From Oligoflexales bacterium (GTDB lineage: Bacteria; Bdellovibrionota_B; Oligoflexia; Oligoflexales; JAPPIL01), in contig OZ244057.1 of assembly GCA_965215515.1 (NCBI GenBank), positions 1,664,001-1,728,000 of the forward strand: 64,000 bases of DNA, given 5' to 3'. The position numbers and the translations under genes were made by a program. Shown in pieces: positions 17,333 to 28,468 of this stretch. Under the pieces are notes generated by a model, which worked only from the letters and a program-made list of their open reading frames with translations, was not told the DNA's origin and made no database searches. Positions within the stretch are counted from its first letter, which is position 1, and each line of letters begins with the position of its first letter.

Positions 17333-20300
17333 TATGCAATTCAATGCAAGTTTTACCGTGAAGATCAAGAACTTAAGAAAAGTGACATCGACTCTTTTTT
17401 CAATGAACTAGGCAAAAAAGATTTCTATAGGGGTATTATCTTCTCTACTACTAGTAGATGGAGCGTTCATGCAGAAAAAGCTCTGCAAGGGCGAAGTAAA
17501 GAATGTCAACGTGTTGATCTCAATAACATGGAGCAGTTCAATGTTGACTGGGAAAAGCTATTAAGCAAAGACCGCAAGCAAGCTCTCTTGCCACAAAAAA
17601 AGCTACGTGATGACCAGAAAGATGCATTGAAGAATGTGGTGCGTGGTTTTGCAGGTGATGATGTCGGCAAAATGATCATGCCTTGCGGCACAGGCAAAAC
17701 TTTCACTGCCCTAAAGGTTGCCGAGAAAATGGGTACCCCTAACGGCACGGTGTTGTTACTTGTGCCATCGCTATCGCTTGTTTCGCAGACACTGCAGGAA
17801 TGGTCACAGCAAGCACAGCGGCCGTTGCAGATTTTTGTTGTGTGCTCTGATACGAAAGTAGGTAAAAAAGACGATGAAGATATTCACACTTATGACCTTG
17901 CCTTACCATCTACCACTGATCCCTGCGCCCTTGCTGACGAAATGCGGAAGGCTCTAACAAGCAATAATAATTCACGTACCATGAATGTTATTTTTTCGAC
18001 CTATCAGTCAATTGAGGTAGTCGCTGAGGCACAGGAAAAACGGAACATACCTGTCTTTGATCTCATTATTTGCGATGAAGCGCATCGCACTACTGGGGTA
18101 GAAGATCGCGAGAGCAAGTCCTCATATTTCACCCAAGTGCACGATAAAAATTTCATCAAAGCAAGCAAACGATTGTTCATGACTGCAACACCGCGTATCT
18201 ATACAGAGAAATCAAAAAAGAAAGCGAAAGAATATGACGTAGAAGTTTTTTCAATGGACGAGATGTTGGAATGCGTTGGCAAAAAGATCAGTCGGTGACA
18301 ACGAACACTGGGGCGATATGCGGCCAGCTAAACGCGCTGTTGCTTTTTCGGGCACAATTAAACGCTCGCAAGCTTTTCAAGCTCAGTTTAATACTGCTAT
18401 TAAGTTTTTCAAAGATAACAACTCACAGGAAACTAACATCCTCGATTGTGATGTCCATCATATCGATGGCAAACAGAATGCTTTGCTACGCAACCGTGAA
18501 CTGCGTTGGCTAAAAGATGAACCTGCTAAAAACGAATGCCGTATCTTGAGTAATGCCCGCTGTCTCTCTGAAGGTGTTGATGTACCTGCTCTTGATGCCG
18601 TACTGTTTTTGAATCCACGTCGTTCAGAAATAGATGTGGTGCAATCTGTCGGGCGGGTCATGCGTAAAGCGGAAAACAAAAAATACGGCTATATTATTTT
18701 GCCGATTATTATTCCAAAAGGTGCAGATGTAGATAAGGCACTAAACAGCGATACTACCTATGCTGCCGTGTGGGAAATTCTGCAAGCGTTGCGCTCGCAC
18801 GATGACCGTTTCAATGCCATGATCAATCAACTGGAGTTGAACAAAAAGCCTCCATCGCAGTTAATCTTCGGTAGTTGTCACGAAAGTTTTAAGCAACCAC
18901 AAGAGCTTATCATTAGTGCAGAGCAAATCAAAAAATTACGTGAGGCAGTATTTGCCAAGCTAGTAGTCAAATGTGGCGATCGTCAATACTGGGAAAAATG
19001 GGCAAGAGACATCAAAAAAACGGCAAGAATTGTCACCAATCGTATCAGTGAGGTAATCAAAGAAGCACGCTACCAGACTGTCTTTGCCAAATTTCTGCAC
19101 AATCTGCAACTCAATCTCAACCCCGCGGTAGACAAGGAGAGTGCTGTTGATATGCTCGCACAACACACGATCACCAAACCGATTTTCGCTGCGTTGTTCA
19201 ACGATTATGATTTCGTTACACACAACCCTGTCTCTAAAAGTATGGAAGGGATGGTGCAGCTGTTACAAAACCTTGCACTTGCAGAAACAAAAGACCTCAG
19301 CCAATTCTATGCCAGTATTAAACGCAGGGTTGAAGGCATAGATAACGATGAAGGTAAAGAAAAGGTTATGAAAGAGCTGTATGAGAACTTTTTCAAGCAG
19401 GCATTCCCTGTTACTCGCCTACTATATCGGGGCAATAGGCATCGAACAAGCGTATCATTTCAGGAAACAACAGGCAGGACTTGATAACGAATACGAAACA
19501 TTCAGAGGCATTGTGCTTACCGATACGTTTCAGATCAGCGAACACGGGGAGTTGAACGGTGATTTCTTTGTCGAGAACAAAGAGCAAATCGAGCGGCAGA
19601 CCCGCGGCCCGATCAAGGTAATCGTCGGTAATCCACCGTGGTCGGTGGGGCAGAGTAGCGAAAACGATGCCAACAAAAACCTCAAGTACACCAAACTTGA
19701 CGCGAGAATTGCTGAAAGCTATGTCAAATTATCTGCAGCAACCTTAAGTAAAAGGGGTTTATGATTCCTATGTGCGCGCCCTGCGTTGGGCAGCAGATCG
19801 TATCGGTGATAACGGGATCGTCTCGTTTGTCACCAACGGTAATTTTATCGAAACTCCCAGTATGGATGGCCTACGTGCATCACTGGCAAAGGAGTTTAGT
19901 GCTGTCTATGTCATTGATCTCAAGGGAGACTCACGTAATTCTCGTGTGGTAGAAGAAGATCAGGGAGGTAATATATTTAACGTAAGAACCCCGATTGCAA
20001 TCACATTACTGGTAAAGCAAAGTCCAAAGTCTGGCTGTAAAATCAAGTACCACAATATCGGTGATTTTTTGTCAGGAGATGAGAAACTAAAGAGCATTGC
20101 AAAGACTAGCAACGTTGTAAATATTAAAGACTGGGAACATATAGCACCGAGCAAACAGCACACGTGGCTCAACCAGCGTGACCCGCGCTTCGCAAAATTT
20201 ATGTCGATGGAAAACGTTAAAGGTGAAACAGACACAGCTATCTTTAACCTGTGTTCGCTAGGTGTGGTAACAAGCCGCGATGCATGGGTTTACAACTATG

Positions 20301-20819
20301 ATCGACAGACATTAGCAAAGAACGTAAAGAAGACGATTGCTTTTTACAACAGCGAACTAGCACGTTGGCAGGAGCGAACAGATGACTTACCTGTTGAAAA
20401 ATTTATCAATAGAGATGACCAAAAAATCAGTTGGAGCGCTAAGGAAAAAATATCCATTCAAGATTACAGGATTAGAGAAGGGCAACCTGCACGTACAAAA
20501 GATGAAACATCCGAAAGTTGGCAAAGAAAATGATCTTAGTCAGATCATCTACAACGATGATATAACTATCTCTGGTATTCCTGAAGAGGCTTACCGCTAT
20601 GAGGTAGCAGGGCGAAGCGCGATCTGGTGGATCATGAACCGTTACCGAATAAAAACTGACAAGAAGAGTGGCATCGTCAACGACCCCAACAAGTGGAGCG
20701 ATGACCCGCACTACATCATCGAACTGTTGCAAAGGGTTGTTACAGTAAGTGTTGAGAGCGTGAAGTTGATCAGTGCACTGCCAACAGAAGATGACGAAAA
20801 AGAGGAGAAAGCAGCGTAG
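17333..20819 (+). pseudogene. Type ISP (LlaGI/LlaBIII-like) restriction-modification enzyme, broken into five frames
   Basis: Mrr-like YAIQCKFY (17333), MPCGTGKT, CDEAHRTTG, MTATPR, NARCLSEGVDVPALD, LLAYYI, GNPPW, YDSY.RALRWA, GVVTSRDAWVYN, KKSGIVNDPN; frame breaks at ~18260, ~19410, ~19755, ~20435. Confidence 0.9.
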
Positions 20820-20838
20820 AATCGTGCAACAAGCATAG

Positions 20839-20976
20839 CTCAACAGACGGAAAGATTTTGTTGCGCTCAAATCCATCTACAAACGACTGTTTGAGAAGAT
20901 CGTTGTGAAACCACTGGAGAACGCACATGTAGAGTTGGAATTCATCCTACGGGACCTATCCACACCCAAAGTTTGA
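20839..20976 (+). pseudogene. Possible C-terminal remnant of a large serine recombinase
   Basis: Manual translation LNRRKDFVALKSIYKRLFEKIVVKPLENAHVELEFILRDLSTPKV*, ending ~30 bp from the tRNA 3' end. Confidence 0.4.
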
Positions 20977-21005
20977 GGTCAAAAATTGTCTGTCGGCACG
21001 TCAAG

Positions 21006-21079
21006 CGACCCCAGCAGGACTCGAACCTGCAGCCTCGACCTTAGGAAGGTCTTGCTCTATCCAATTGAGCTACGGGGCC
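21006..21079 (-). tRNA. tRNA-Arg, anticodon CCT (CCA not encoded)
   Basis: GGCCCCG TAGCTCAATTGGATAGAGC A AGACC TTCCTAA GGTCG AGGCT GCAGG TTCGAGT CCTGC TGGGGTC G folds as a cloverleaf. Confidence 0.95.
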
Positions 21080-21090
21080 TTTATTGCACC

Positions 21091-22272
21091 CTAAATAATA
21101 CCTAACTCACGCCCGACGTTAGCAAAAACAGCCAGTGCCTGTTCAAGCTCTGTGCGAGTGTGTGCCGCGGAAACCTGCACCCGAATACGTGCTTTGCCTT
21201 CAGGCACAACGGGATAAAAAAAACCCACCGCGTATACACCTCGTTCATACAGCAACTGTGCCATGCGTTGTGCTTGAGCAGCCTCACCCACCATGAGGGG
21301 GATTATCGGATGCTCACCCGCGATGAGTGTAAAGCCGAGTTTTTGCAAGCCTCGACGGAAAAAACGACTGTTAGCGTGTAGCTTAGCGCGCAACTGCGGA
21401 TTTTCCGCCATGAAATCCAAAGCTCGCAACGACGTGGCGACAATGACAGGGGCAAGCGTATTGGAAAAAAGGTAGGGACGTGATTTCTGACGCAACATTG
21501 CGATAAGTTCCCTGCGCCCTGCCGCATAACCACCTGATGCACCGCCGAGTGCCTTGCCCAACGTGCCCGTGATGATGTCCACTCGCTCACTGACTCCGCA
21601 ATGCTCGATCGTGCCCGCGCCACTTTTTCCCAGCACCCCCACTGCATGCGAATCATCGACCATCACCAGTGCCTGGTAGGTGTGCGCTAACGCACAAATT
21701 TTCTCTAACTGCGCCAACGTGCCATCCATCGAAAACACACCATCGGTGGCAACAAGGCGAAATCTCGCCGCACCGCTGGCCTTGAGCTTATCCTCTAGAT
21801 CCCGCATGTCGTTGTTGCCATAACGATACCGTGTCGCTTTGCATAAACGAATACCATCGATAATGCTGGCATGATTGAGTGCGTCGCTGATAATCGCATC
21901 CCGCGCATCGAAGAGTGTTTCAAACAAGCCTGTATTGGCATCAAAACAAGAAGAATAAAGAATAGCATCCTCTTTGCCCAACAACGCGGCGATTTTCTGC
22001 TCCAACTGACGATGAATTTTCTGTGTGCCGCAGATAAACCGTACCGACGACAAGCCGTAACCGTAATGTATAAGTGCCTCCCGCGCCGCCTGCACTAACT
22101 GAGGGTGTGCAGCCAAACCGAGATAGTTATTCGCACACAGGTTGATAACCTGGCCTGCAATGCGCACCGTGCTGCCCTGTGCTGAGCATAACGCGCGTTC
22201 CTCCTTGTACAGATGTCGCTTGCGCATCTCCTGCAGCTGTGTAGCAAGACCTGTGTAAAACCCCGTCTTCAC
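21091..22272 (-). CDS. kbl: Glycine C-acetyltransferase (2-amino-3-ketobutyrate CoA ligase); alpha-oxoamine synthase family
   Basis: [58 protein letters not shown]. Confidence 0.9.
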   Translation of the reverse strand: MKTGFYTGLATQLQEMRKRHLYKEERALCSAQGSTVRIAGQVINLCANNYLGLAAHPQLVQAAREALIHYGYGLSSVRFICGTQKIHRQLEQKIAALLGKEDAILYSSCFDANTGLFETLFDARDAIISDALNHASIIDGIRLCKATRYRYGNNDMRDLEDKLKASGAARFRLVATDGVFSMDGTLAQLEKICALAHTYQALVMVDDSHAVGVLGKSGAGTIEHCGVSERVDIITGTLGKALGGASGGYAAGRRELIAMLRQKSRPYLFSNTLAPVIVATSLRALDFMAENPQLRAKLHANSRFFRRGLQKLGFTLIAGEHPIIPLMVGEAAQAQRMAQLLYERGVYAVGFFYPVVPEGKARIRVQVSAAHTRTELEQALAVFANVGRELGII

Positions 22273-24260
22273 CCCACCTCCAACCGCGCTTGTTCCAAAG
22301 CGTGCAAAGCCACCCCCAGCTCGTCATCCGTAATAACCAGCGGAGGCACAAAATAAATTGTCTCACCCAGTGGGCGCAGAAACAACTGATGTGCTGCTGC
22401 CACACGCGCAAAAACCTGTGCAGTCTCTGCATCACACACCTCAAAAGCGAGAATACCACCCAAAGCACGTGGATTGTCGAGCCGTGTTCTGTGCTGTGCA
22501 ATCCACGCCGTGAAGCGATTTTCTAATCCTAAAGCATGCTCATTAATGTTTTCTTGGCGAGCAATTGTCAGGGCAGTCAAGGCAGCACGGCAAGCGACAG
22601 GATTGGCTGTGAAGGTGTGACCGTGCATGAAAGCCCGTGCCGCAGTAGCAAAACCGTCAAAAAATTCTGCTTTTGTCAAAGTCAAACCCAGCGGCAGCAC
22701 CCCACCCGTCAAGCCTTTCGCGAGACACACGATGTCGGGCACGATACCCGCACGTTGAAAAGCAAAATCATGCCCACAACGACCGCAGGCAGTGAACACT
22801 TCGTCAAAAATCACAGGGATGCCGTGTTCTGTTGCCAGCCGACTTATCTCTCGCAACCAAGCAACCTCCTGCATTACCATGCCAGCTGCCCCCTGTACTA
22901 ATGGCTCGACAATTATGGCGCAGAGACGCGCAGCGTTGTCCTCCAACAGATGCTGACACCGCGCGATATTTTGCGACAAAGCCTGTGCCCCTTCAGGACA
23001 GACACGGGAAGGATGAGTGGTGACAGGGGCGAGCCGCAAAGTTTTGCATAACAGTGTATCGAACTCGCCCCGAAAACGCTTGAGATCGCTGACCGCCATC
23101 GCTCCCAGAGTGTCGCCGTGGTAACTGCCATGCAGTGCGACGAAGGTGTCGCGCTGCGGCTCACCACGATTGCGTTGGTGCTGAAAAGCAATCTTCAGCG
23201 CTACTTCCACTGCAGTCGAGCCGTTGTCGGAGAAAAAAACACGGGCAAAGTTTCCCTCGCCGCGGGCCAGAATCTCGTGTGCCAGTCGTGCGGCAGGTTC
23301 ATGCGTAAGCCCCGCAAACGCCACGTGGTCGCACTGGCGTATCTGCGCCGCGCAGTTGCGTGCTATTTCTGTGCGTCCATGCCCGATGTTATTTGTCCAC
23401 CACGAACTGATACCATCGATCAAACGTCGCCCCTCGCTATCCTCCAGCCAGACACCTTTAGTTTTGACGATAGCACGAGGTGGTGTCTGTGCTTGCGGGC
23501 GGGTGAAAGGATGCCAGACACTGCACTGGTCATACTCGCGCCACACCTGTGCCTGTGTGGTAACGGAATTCAGTCTCTCGTCGATGAAGCGTGTCAGTGT
23601 ACTGCTGTGTGTTCCCCAGTCTTGACTGTCCGAGAGCTCAGCGCATGCTTCAAGACTGTGCACCGCTGTGTTGCCATGCATGCGTTGCACGACAGCTTCG
23701 TTGTCGTGGAAGCGAGCACCGCATAAAACGACCGCGCTGGCCGTGAAACCGTTGTCCCGCAAGCAATGCAACGATAACGCCGTATGGTTTAACGTGCCTA
23801 ACCCACTGCTGGCAGCCAGCACGATGGCGAACTTATTGCCCAGAGTCAAAAAATCCAGCCAGGTTTGCAATTCGTTGTTCAACGGCACATGCAGTCCCCC
23901 TGCTGCTTCGATAAGCAGAACATCGAGCTGCATCGTGCTTTGTATTTTCGCTAGCCGCGCCCCTAGGGTGGGCAAATTGACCGCCGCCTTCTTCTCCTTG
24001 ACCGCCGCTGCATGAGGGGAGATAGGAGTGTCGTAAGCAAAACAAGACGGAAAGATTTTTACCTGCGGGGCGTGCCGAGCGATGATCTCCGTATCACTAG
24101 GCTGTCCTGACGATACTGGTTTCCAGTAACCGACCCGTGTGCACTCAACCCCTTGCCGCTTCCTAGCTCCTTGCCGACTGAACCCGTCGCCTAGTGCCGC
24201 AGCGAGCGTCGTCTTGCCAACACCCGTGCCCGTACCCGCGATGAAGATGTTGTGCCGCAC
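22269..24260 (-). CDS. bioDA: Fused dethiobiotin synthetase / DAPA aminotransferase (BioD-BioA)
   Basis: N-half [38 protein letters not shown]-half [51 protein letters not shown]; single open frame of 663 aa. Confidence 0.92.
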   Translation of the reverse strand: MRHNIFIAGTGTGVGKTTLAAALGDGFSRQGARKRQGVECTRVGYWKPVSSGQPSDTEIIARHAPQVKIFPSCFAYDTPISPHAAAVKEKKAAVNLPTLGARLAKIQSTMQLDVLLIEAAGGLHVPLNNELQTWLDFLTLGNKFAIVLAASSGLGTLNHTALSLHCLRDNGFTASAVVLCGARFHDNEAVVQRMHGNTAVHSLEACAELSDSQDWGTHSSTLTRFIDERLNSVTTQAQVWREYDQCSVWHPFTRPQAQTPPRAIVKTKGVWLEDSEGRRLIDGISSWWTNNIGHGRTEIARNCAAQIRQCDHVAFAGLTHEPAARLAHEILARGEGNFARVFFSDNGSTAVEVALKIAFQHQRNRGEPQRDTFVALHGSYHGDTLGAMAVSDLKRFRGEFDTLLCKTLRLAPVTTHPSRVCPEGAQALSQNIARCQHLLEDNAARLCAIIVEPLVQGAAGMVMQEVAWLREISRLATEHGIPVIFDEVFTACGRCGHDFAFQRAGIVPDIVCLAKGLTGGVLPLGLTLTKAEFFDGFATAARAFMHGHTFTANPVACRAALTALTIARQENINEHALGLENRFTAWIAQHRTRLDNPRALGGILAFEVCDAETAQVFARVAAAHQLFLRPLGETIYFVPPLVITDDELGVALHALEQARLEVG

Positions 24261-24286
24261 TAGCCACTCGCGTAATCACCGTCGGC

Positions 24287-24315
24287 AAACTACACACTCA
24301 AACTAGGTGGGTCAA
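24287..24315 (-). promoter_or_regulatory. Putative sigma70 promoter of bioDA-kbl
   Basis: Minus strand TTGACC-N17-TAGTTT, ~27 nt upstream of the GTG start. Confidence 0.5.
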
Positions 24316-24631
24316 GTGTCACAGCATGCATTACCACCCATGCGTCCACGGCGATGAGGCGACGAGCGATGCCGACCTACATGGTCAGGGCAAGCAGAAG
24401 TGACACCGCGGCACATCAGCTGTCCTGTTTCTTGAGCGCAATCCCCGCGCTTTCTTTGTTTTGTGCTGACAGCGTGTTGTTATTCTGCTAAGATACGGGG
24501 AGGTGTGTCTCTGTGAGGTTAGGGCATTGTGTGTGGTGCGGTCGGGAATGGCTGTGCGCGGTGGGGTGTGAGTCGTGAACCGCTTGCTGAGTGGCGGTGG
24601 TTTGCTCAGCGGTAGTGACAGGAGGTCGAGT

Positions 24632-26614
24632 ATGTCCAGTAAGGGGATGGTGTTGTTCTGTGGTGTGCTGGTGGTGTTGAGCAGTTGTGCCCATGAATTC
24701 CCTGCCAAGATAGCGAACATGGCGACGAGTGAGGATTTTGTGTCACGCTGGCGCGTGGCAGGCGAACGTAAGCGTATTACGTTGCCGTTGGTCGCAGGCT
24801 ATAACTACAACTTTGTTGTCGATTGGGGTGACGGGGCGAGCGATGCGATTGTGCTTGCTGATGATCCCAATACCACGCACCGTTATGTGCACGCAGGTGA
24901 GTATACGGTCACGATTTCTGGGGTGTTGGAAGCGTGGGACTTTCAGCAGACAAAGAACAGCCGTAACCTCTTACTGGGTGTAGAGGATCTTGGTGCGGTA
25001 GGTTGGCGCAGTTTGCGCGGGGCTTTCGCAGGATGTGATAACTTGACTGCATTGCAGGGTGGCGATACTGCCTTGGTCGAGGACATGAGCAGCGTCTTTC
25101 ACAACTCATCTCGTATCAACCCCGACATCGGCGACTGGGACACGGCACGGGTGCGAGACATGAGCTACATGTTTAGCAGCGCACCAGCAGTGATTGTCTA
25201 CAGCGAGCGACCCACGTTTGTCGATGGTGTAGTCGCCTCGGTCGCCAACCCTGAGGTCAGCCGCTGGGATACGAGCAGCGTCACCGACCTGAGCCACATG
25301 TTTGCAGGAGCGGTGCAGGCTGACCCTGAGGTCAGCAGGTGGGATACGAGTAACGTCACCGATCTGAGCCACATGTTCGAGGGTGCAGTGCAGGCTAACC
25401 CTGAGGTCGGCAACTGGAACACCGCCGCGGTGACCAATATGTACTCGATGTTTGCAGGGGCAACAACCGCCAACCCCGATGTCAGTCGTTGGGACACGCA
25501 CGCGGTGACTAACATGGGGGCGATGTTTTACCGTGCTGAAAAAGCCGACCCTGAGGTCAGCAGGTGGGATACAGGGATGGTAAACAACCTAAGTTACATG
25601 TTTGAAGGGGCACTGAGCGCCGATCCCGATGTCAGCCGCTGGGATACGAGCAACGTCCTAACGATGAAAGGAACTTTTTATCGCACCAGCCGTGCCGACC
25701 CTAGTGTGAGTGATTGGAACACCGCTAAGGTGACTGACATGAGCTATCTTTTTGCCGACGCAACCCTTGCCGACCCTGATGTCAGCAAGTGGAATACCGC
25801 CGCCGTACAGAACATGCGGCATCTCTTCCACCATGCTCTACATGCGAACCCTGATGTCAGCAAGTGGAATACCGCCAACGTGACCGATATGAGTTCGATG
25901 TTCGAGGGAGCGTTGCGCGCCGATCCTGATGTCAGTCATTGGGACACAGCAAAAGTTACCAACCTCAACCACATGTTCGAAGGTGCGTTCGTCGCTAACC
26001 CTGATGTCAGCGAGTGGAATACCGCTAACGTTGTCTACATGCGAGGGGTTTTTCATCGCACCCATCGTGCCGATCCCGATGTCAGCAACTGGCAAACAGC
26101 AAACGTGGTGCGTATGGACTATATGTTCGAGGACGCGGTGGCCGCACGCCCCGATGTTTCTAGCTGGAATACCGCACGAGTTACCCACATGGACAGTATG
26201 TTCAGAGGAGCGATGCAGGCACGCCCCGATGTTTCTAACTGGAATACCGCCGCGGTGGTCGATATGGATCGCATGTTTCAAGATGCCGCCAGAGCACGCC
26301 CCGATGTTTCTAACTGGATTACCACCCGTGTTACTGACATGGAGAGTATGTTCGAAGGTGCAAGTTCCGCCGCACCTGACATGTCTAGCTGGGATTTCCG
26401 CAACGTCAACAACATGCACAACATGTTCACAGGACTGGCTTTGCCTGTTACCATCTACAGTGACATGCTGCTGCGCATTCTCGCAACCTCGCAGCAACGG
26501 CAAGTAACCCTTGACGCAGGCAACTCACATTACAACGCAGCCGCCGCAAAGGCACGCCGTCGCCTAGTCAGCGCATACGGCTGGCATATCCGCGACGGCG
26601 GGCGTGCCCGCTGA
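24632..26614 (+). CDS. DUF285/BspA-like surface lipoprotein with ~17 25-residue repeats
   Basis: SD AGGAGG, lipobox LSS|C, PKD-like VDWGDG...HRY...GEYTVTISG; repeats A(N/D)PDVSxW(D/N)TxxVxxMxxMF. Confidence 0.88.
   Translation: MSSKGMVLFCGVLVVLSSCAHEFPAKIANMATSEDFVSRWRVAGERKRITLPLVAGYNYNFVVDWGDGASDAIVLADDPNTTHRYVHAGEYTVTISGVLEAWDFQQTKNSRNLLLGVEDLGAVGWRSLRGAFAGCDNLTALQGGDTALVEDMSSVFHNSSRINPDIGDWDTARVRDMSYMFSSAPAVIVYSERPTFVDGVVASVANPEVSRWDTSSVTDLSHMFAGAVQADPEVSRWDTSNVTDLSHMFEGAVQANPEVGNWNTAAVTNMYSMFAGATTANPDVSRWDTHAVTNMGAMFYRAEKADPEVSRWDTGMVNNLSYMFEGALSADPDVSRWDTSNVLTMKGTFYRTSRADPSVSDWNTAKVTDMSYLFADATLADPDVSKWNTAAVQNMRHLFHHALHANPDVSKWNTANVTDMSSMFEGALRADPDVSHWDTAKVTNLNHMFEGAFVANPDVSEWNTANVVYMRGVFHRTHRADPDVSNWQTANVVRMDYMFEDAVAARPDVSSWNTARVTHMDSMFRGAMQARPDVSNWNTAAVVDMDRMFQDAARARPDVSNWITTRVTDMESMFEGASSAAPDMSSWDFRNVNNMHNMFTGLALPVTIYSDMLLRILATSQQRQVTLDAGNSHYNAAAAKARRRLVSAYGWHIRDGGRAR
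25243..26430 (+). repeat. 75-nt period coding tandem repeat (~16 units)
   Basis: Recurrent CCTGA(T/G)GTCAG...TGG(G/A)ATAC every 75 nt; boundaries approximate. Confidence 0.85.
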
Positions 26615-26780
26615 TGAAAGGCAGCTAATACTTCGCCACCGAACAAATCATCAGCATGTTGTTGCTGCTCTGATAACGTAGCAATTCAAGGCAGCTAGGT
26701 GTTTGAGTAAAGAAACGCGGTCAGGATGCCGACGACTCAGACGCGGTGGTTTGTAGGAAGTATGTTATGGCGGGCGTTTT

Positions 26781-27254
26781 GTGGCTAAGCGCATAAAAAT
26801 TTTCGGCTTCAGTCTTGTCGAACTGATGGCCGCGGTGGCGGTGGTGGGTATCTTGGCTGCTCTCGCCCTGCCGAGGTATCGTGCGTTCATCGCCACCTCA
26901 CGACAGGGGGAGGCGATTACCAATCTTGGCATCATCGCATCGTTGCAGCAAAGCTACTTCCTGCGCTACGATGGCAACTACCATAATACTCTCAAGTACG
27001 GTGACGCCAATGGTGGTGATTGTAGCAATATCGACACAGCGAAGAAAAACGTGCTAGGCTTTAGAGCCACCAAATGCGAAAAATTGCGTTACACCTATAC
27101 CAGCGACAGCGCCACTGGAGGGGGGTCTGCGGCGAGTGGTAGTGTCAGTGGAAAGAACATTTACCCCAATTGCACGGAAACTGACACATGGTCGATCACC
27201 GATGACCGCGATCTATCTCACACTGCAAACGCTATCGCAAAATGTACCGACTAG
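26781..27254 (+). CDS. Type IV pilin (PilA/PilE-like)
   Basis: G|FSLVELMAAVAVVGILAALALPRY...SRQGEAITNL; four Cys in the C-terminal domain. Confidence 0.88.
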   Translation: MAKRIKIFGFSLVELMAAVAVVGILAALALPRYRAFIATSRQGEAITNLGIIASLQQSYFLRYDGNYHNTLKYGDANGGDCSNIDTAKKNVLGFRATKCEKLRYTYTSDSATGGGSAASGSVSGKNIYPNCTETDTWSITDDRDLSHTANAIAKCTD

Positions 27255-27386
27255 AGCCAGTCTTTCCTCGCTCCCCACTCCTGAATTCCGTGGGTAAATC
27301 AGCATTGTTGCCTAAGTCGGTGTATATTCAGGCACTACGAGTCAGTTTGGCAAAAGAAGTCAGACGAGAAACTGAACTCCTAGCTG

Positions 27387-27878
27387 TCACTTAACCCGAA
27401 TGTGTGAATCAGTAGTAACCCCAAAATTAATTTCCGTGTCCTTCGACCCAATCACATCGGTAATGCTCCACATATTGTCTTCCTTAAGCAACGTGACCGT
27501 GTTGGTAGTTGCAACAAGCGGTGGCTCGTCGCCAGGCGCAATGTCCTGGCGATCATAATAAGAAATGCGAAACGTTATCTCCACCTCCCGCGGAGTGCGA
27601 TCACGGCGCGTAACAATCGAAAAACTATCCAGCTCAAACTTGCGCTTGATGAAGGCATTGGTAATCTCTTCTTGAGTCGCCCCCTCCAACGCAGCCCGCA
27701 ACGCCCCACCCGTGTATTCCAGCAAAACCTCCCGCTGCTCAAGATCAGTCATGCTGGTAGACACCTCGATGTAGCCCTCCAGCACCTGCACCGCACTCAT
27801 AGCCTCCCGCTTAGGCTTGCACCAAGTGAAACACCCCGTCATAAACACCGCAAGCAATAAAACTTTAATAGAACTCAA
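27387..27878 (-). CDS. Hypothetical exported/lipoprotein, NTF2-like appearance
   Basis: Signal with MTG|C; C-terminal VTLLKEDNMWSITDV; 4-nt overlap with the upstream gene. Confidence 0.6.
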   Translation of the reverse strand: MSSIKVLLLAVFMTGCFTWCKPKREAMSAVQVLEGYIEVSTSMTDLEQREVLLEYTGGALRAALEGATQEEITNAFIKRKFELDSFSIVTRRDRTPREVEITFRISYYDRQDIAPGDEPPLVATTNTVTLLKEDNMWSITDVIGSKDTEINFGVTTDSHIRVK

Positions 27879-28468
27879 GACGACCCCCCTGATGATTTTT
27901 GCTTGAGAGTGCGAATTGTCCGTCGTGGCAAACTACCCGAAATATAACCAGGTCGCTTATGCCTCCTGCGAGAGTAATCATACACGCGCCCGTGCACAGG
28001 GGGATCAACCACCCCCAGCGCCAGTGCATAGCTTTCAATGTCAGGCTGCACGACAGGCCGTAACACAAACCTACGACGCTCAGTCAAAAAATCAAGATCA
28101 CCGCCGATACGATACATGCGATCGTCACAAATCAACGTTGTTGTCCCCATAGCACTCGCAACCCGCACCACCACCTGCTGCGTACGCAAATAATCATACT
28201 GGGACAACACGTCCTGCGCCCTCTCCTGCCCCAGTACCACCCGCACGTCGAGCTTACGATGCGCGGCAAGATAAAGCTCCAACGAAATATCATAATCAGA
28301 CAGATAAGGACTTACCACCCACACCCGCCACTGAGCACGAGCAATCTTAGCTACAATCGCATCACGCAACTGCTCAAAGGCCACGAAACGCCGCACCGCA
28401 GGACGAGCAGCACACACCGCTCCCCCCAACACACCACTCACCACAACACCTAACAACAGTCTCGTCAC
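27875..28468 (-). CDS. Exported phospholipase D-fold protein lacking the HKD motif
   Basis: IARAQWRVWVVSPYLSD...AAHRKLDVRVVL; HxK position reads ASAMGTTTLICDD. Confidence 0.55.
   Translation of the reverse strand: MTRLLLGVVVSGVLGGAVCAARPAVRRFVAFEQLRDAIVAKIARAQWRVWVVSPYLSDYDISLELYLAAHRKLDVRVVLGQERAQDVLSQYDYLRTQQVVVRVASAMGTTTLICDDRMYRIGGDLDFLTERRRFVLRPVVQPDIESYALALGVVDPPVHGRVYDYSRRRHKRPGYISGSLPRRTIRTLKQKSSGGSS

Larger units (their letters stand above)
1..21005. mobile_element. Right part of an integrative conjugative element / genomic island inserted at the 3' end of tRNA-Arg(CCT); extends beyond the left edge; partly decayed
   Basis: Contiguous T4SS operon, relaxase-helicase fragment, TA pair, RM/Rpn cargo and a recombinase-like remnant, ending at the tRNA 3' end. 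Housekeeping genes start on the other side of the tRNA. Confidence 0.85.

Noticed and set aside
17528..20819. Type ISP split as programmed frameshifting or phase variation
   Set aside because: Most breaks coincide with missing conserved blocks (SAM motif I, TRD), not slippery tracts, so decay is more likely
25243..26430. Regularly spaced repeats as a CRISPR array or DGR
   Set aside because: The period is 75 nt, in frame, degenerate at third positions and encodes DUF285 units; no cas or reverse transcriptase gene in the window
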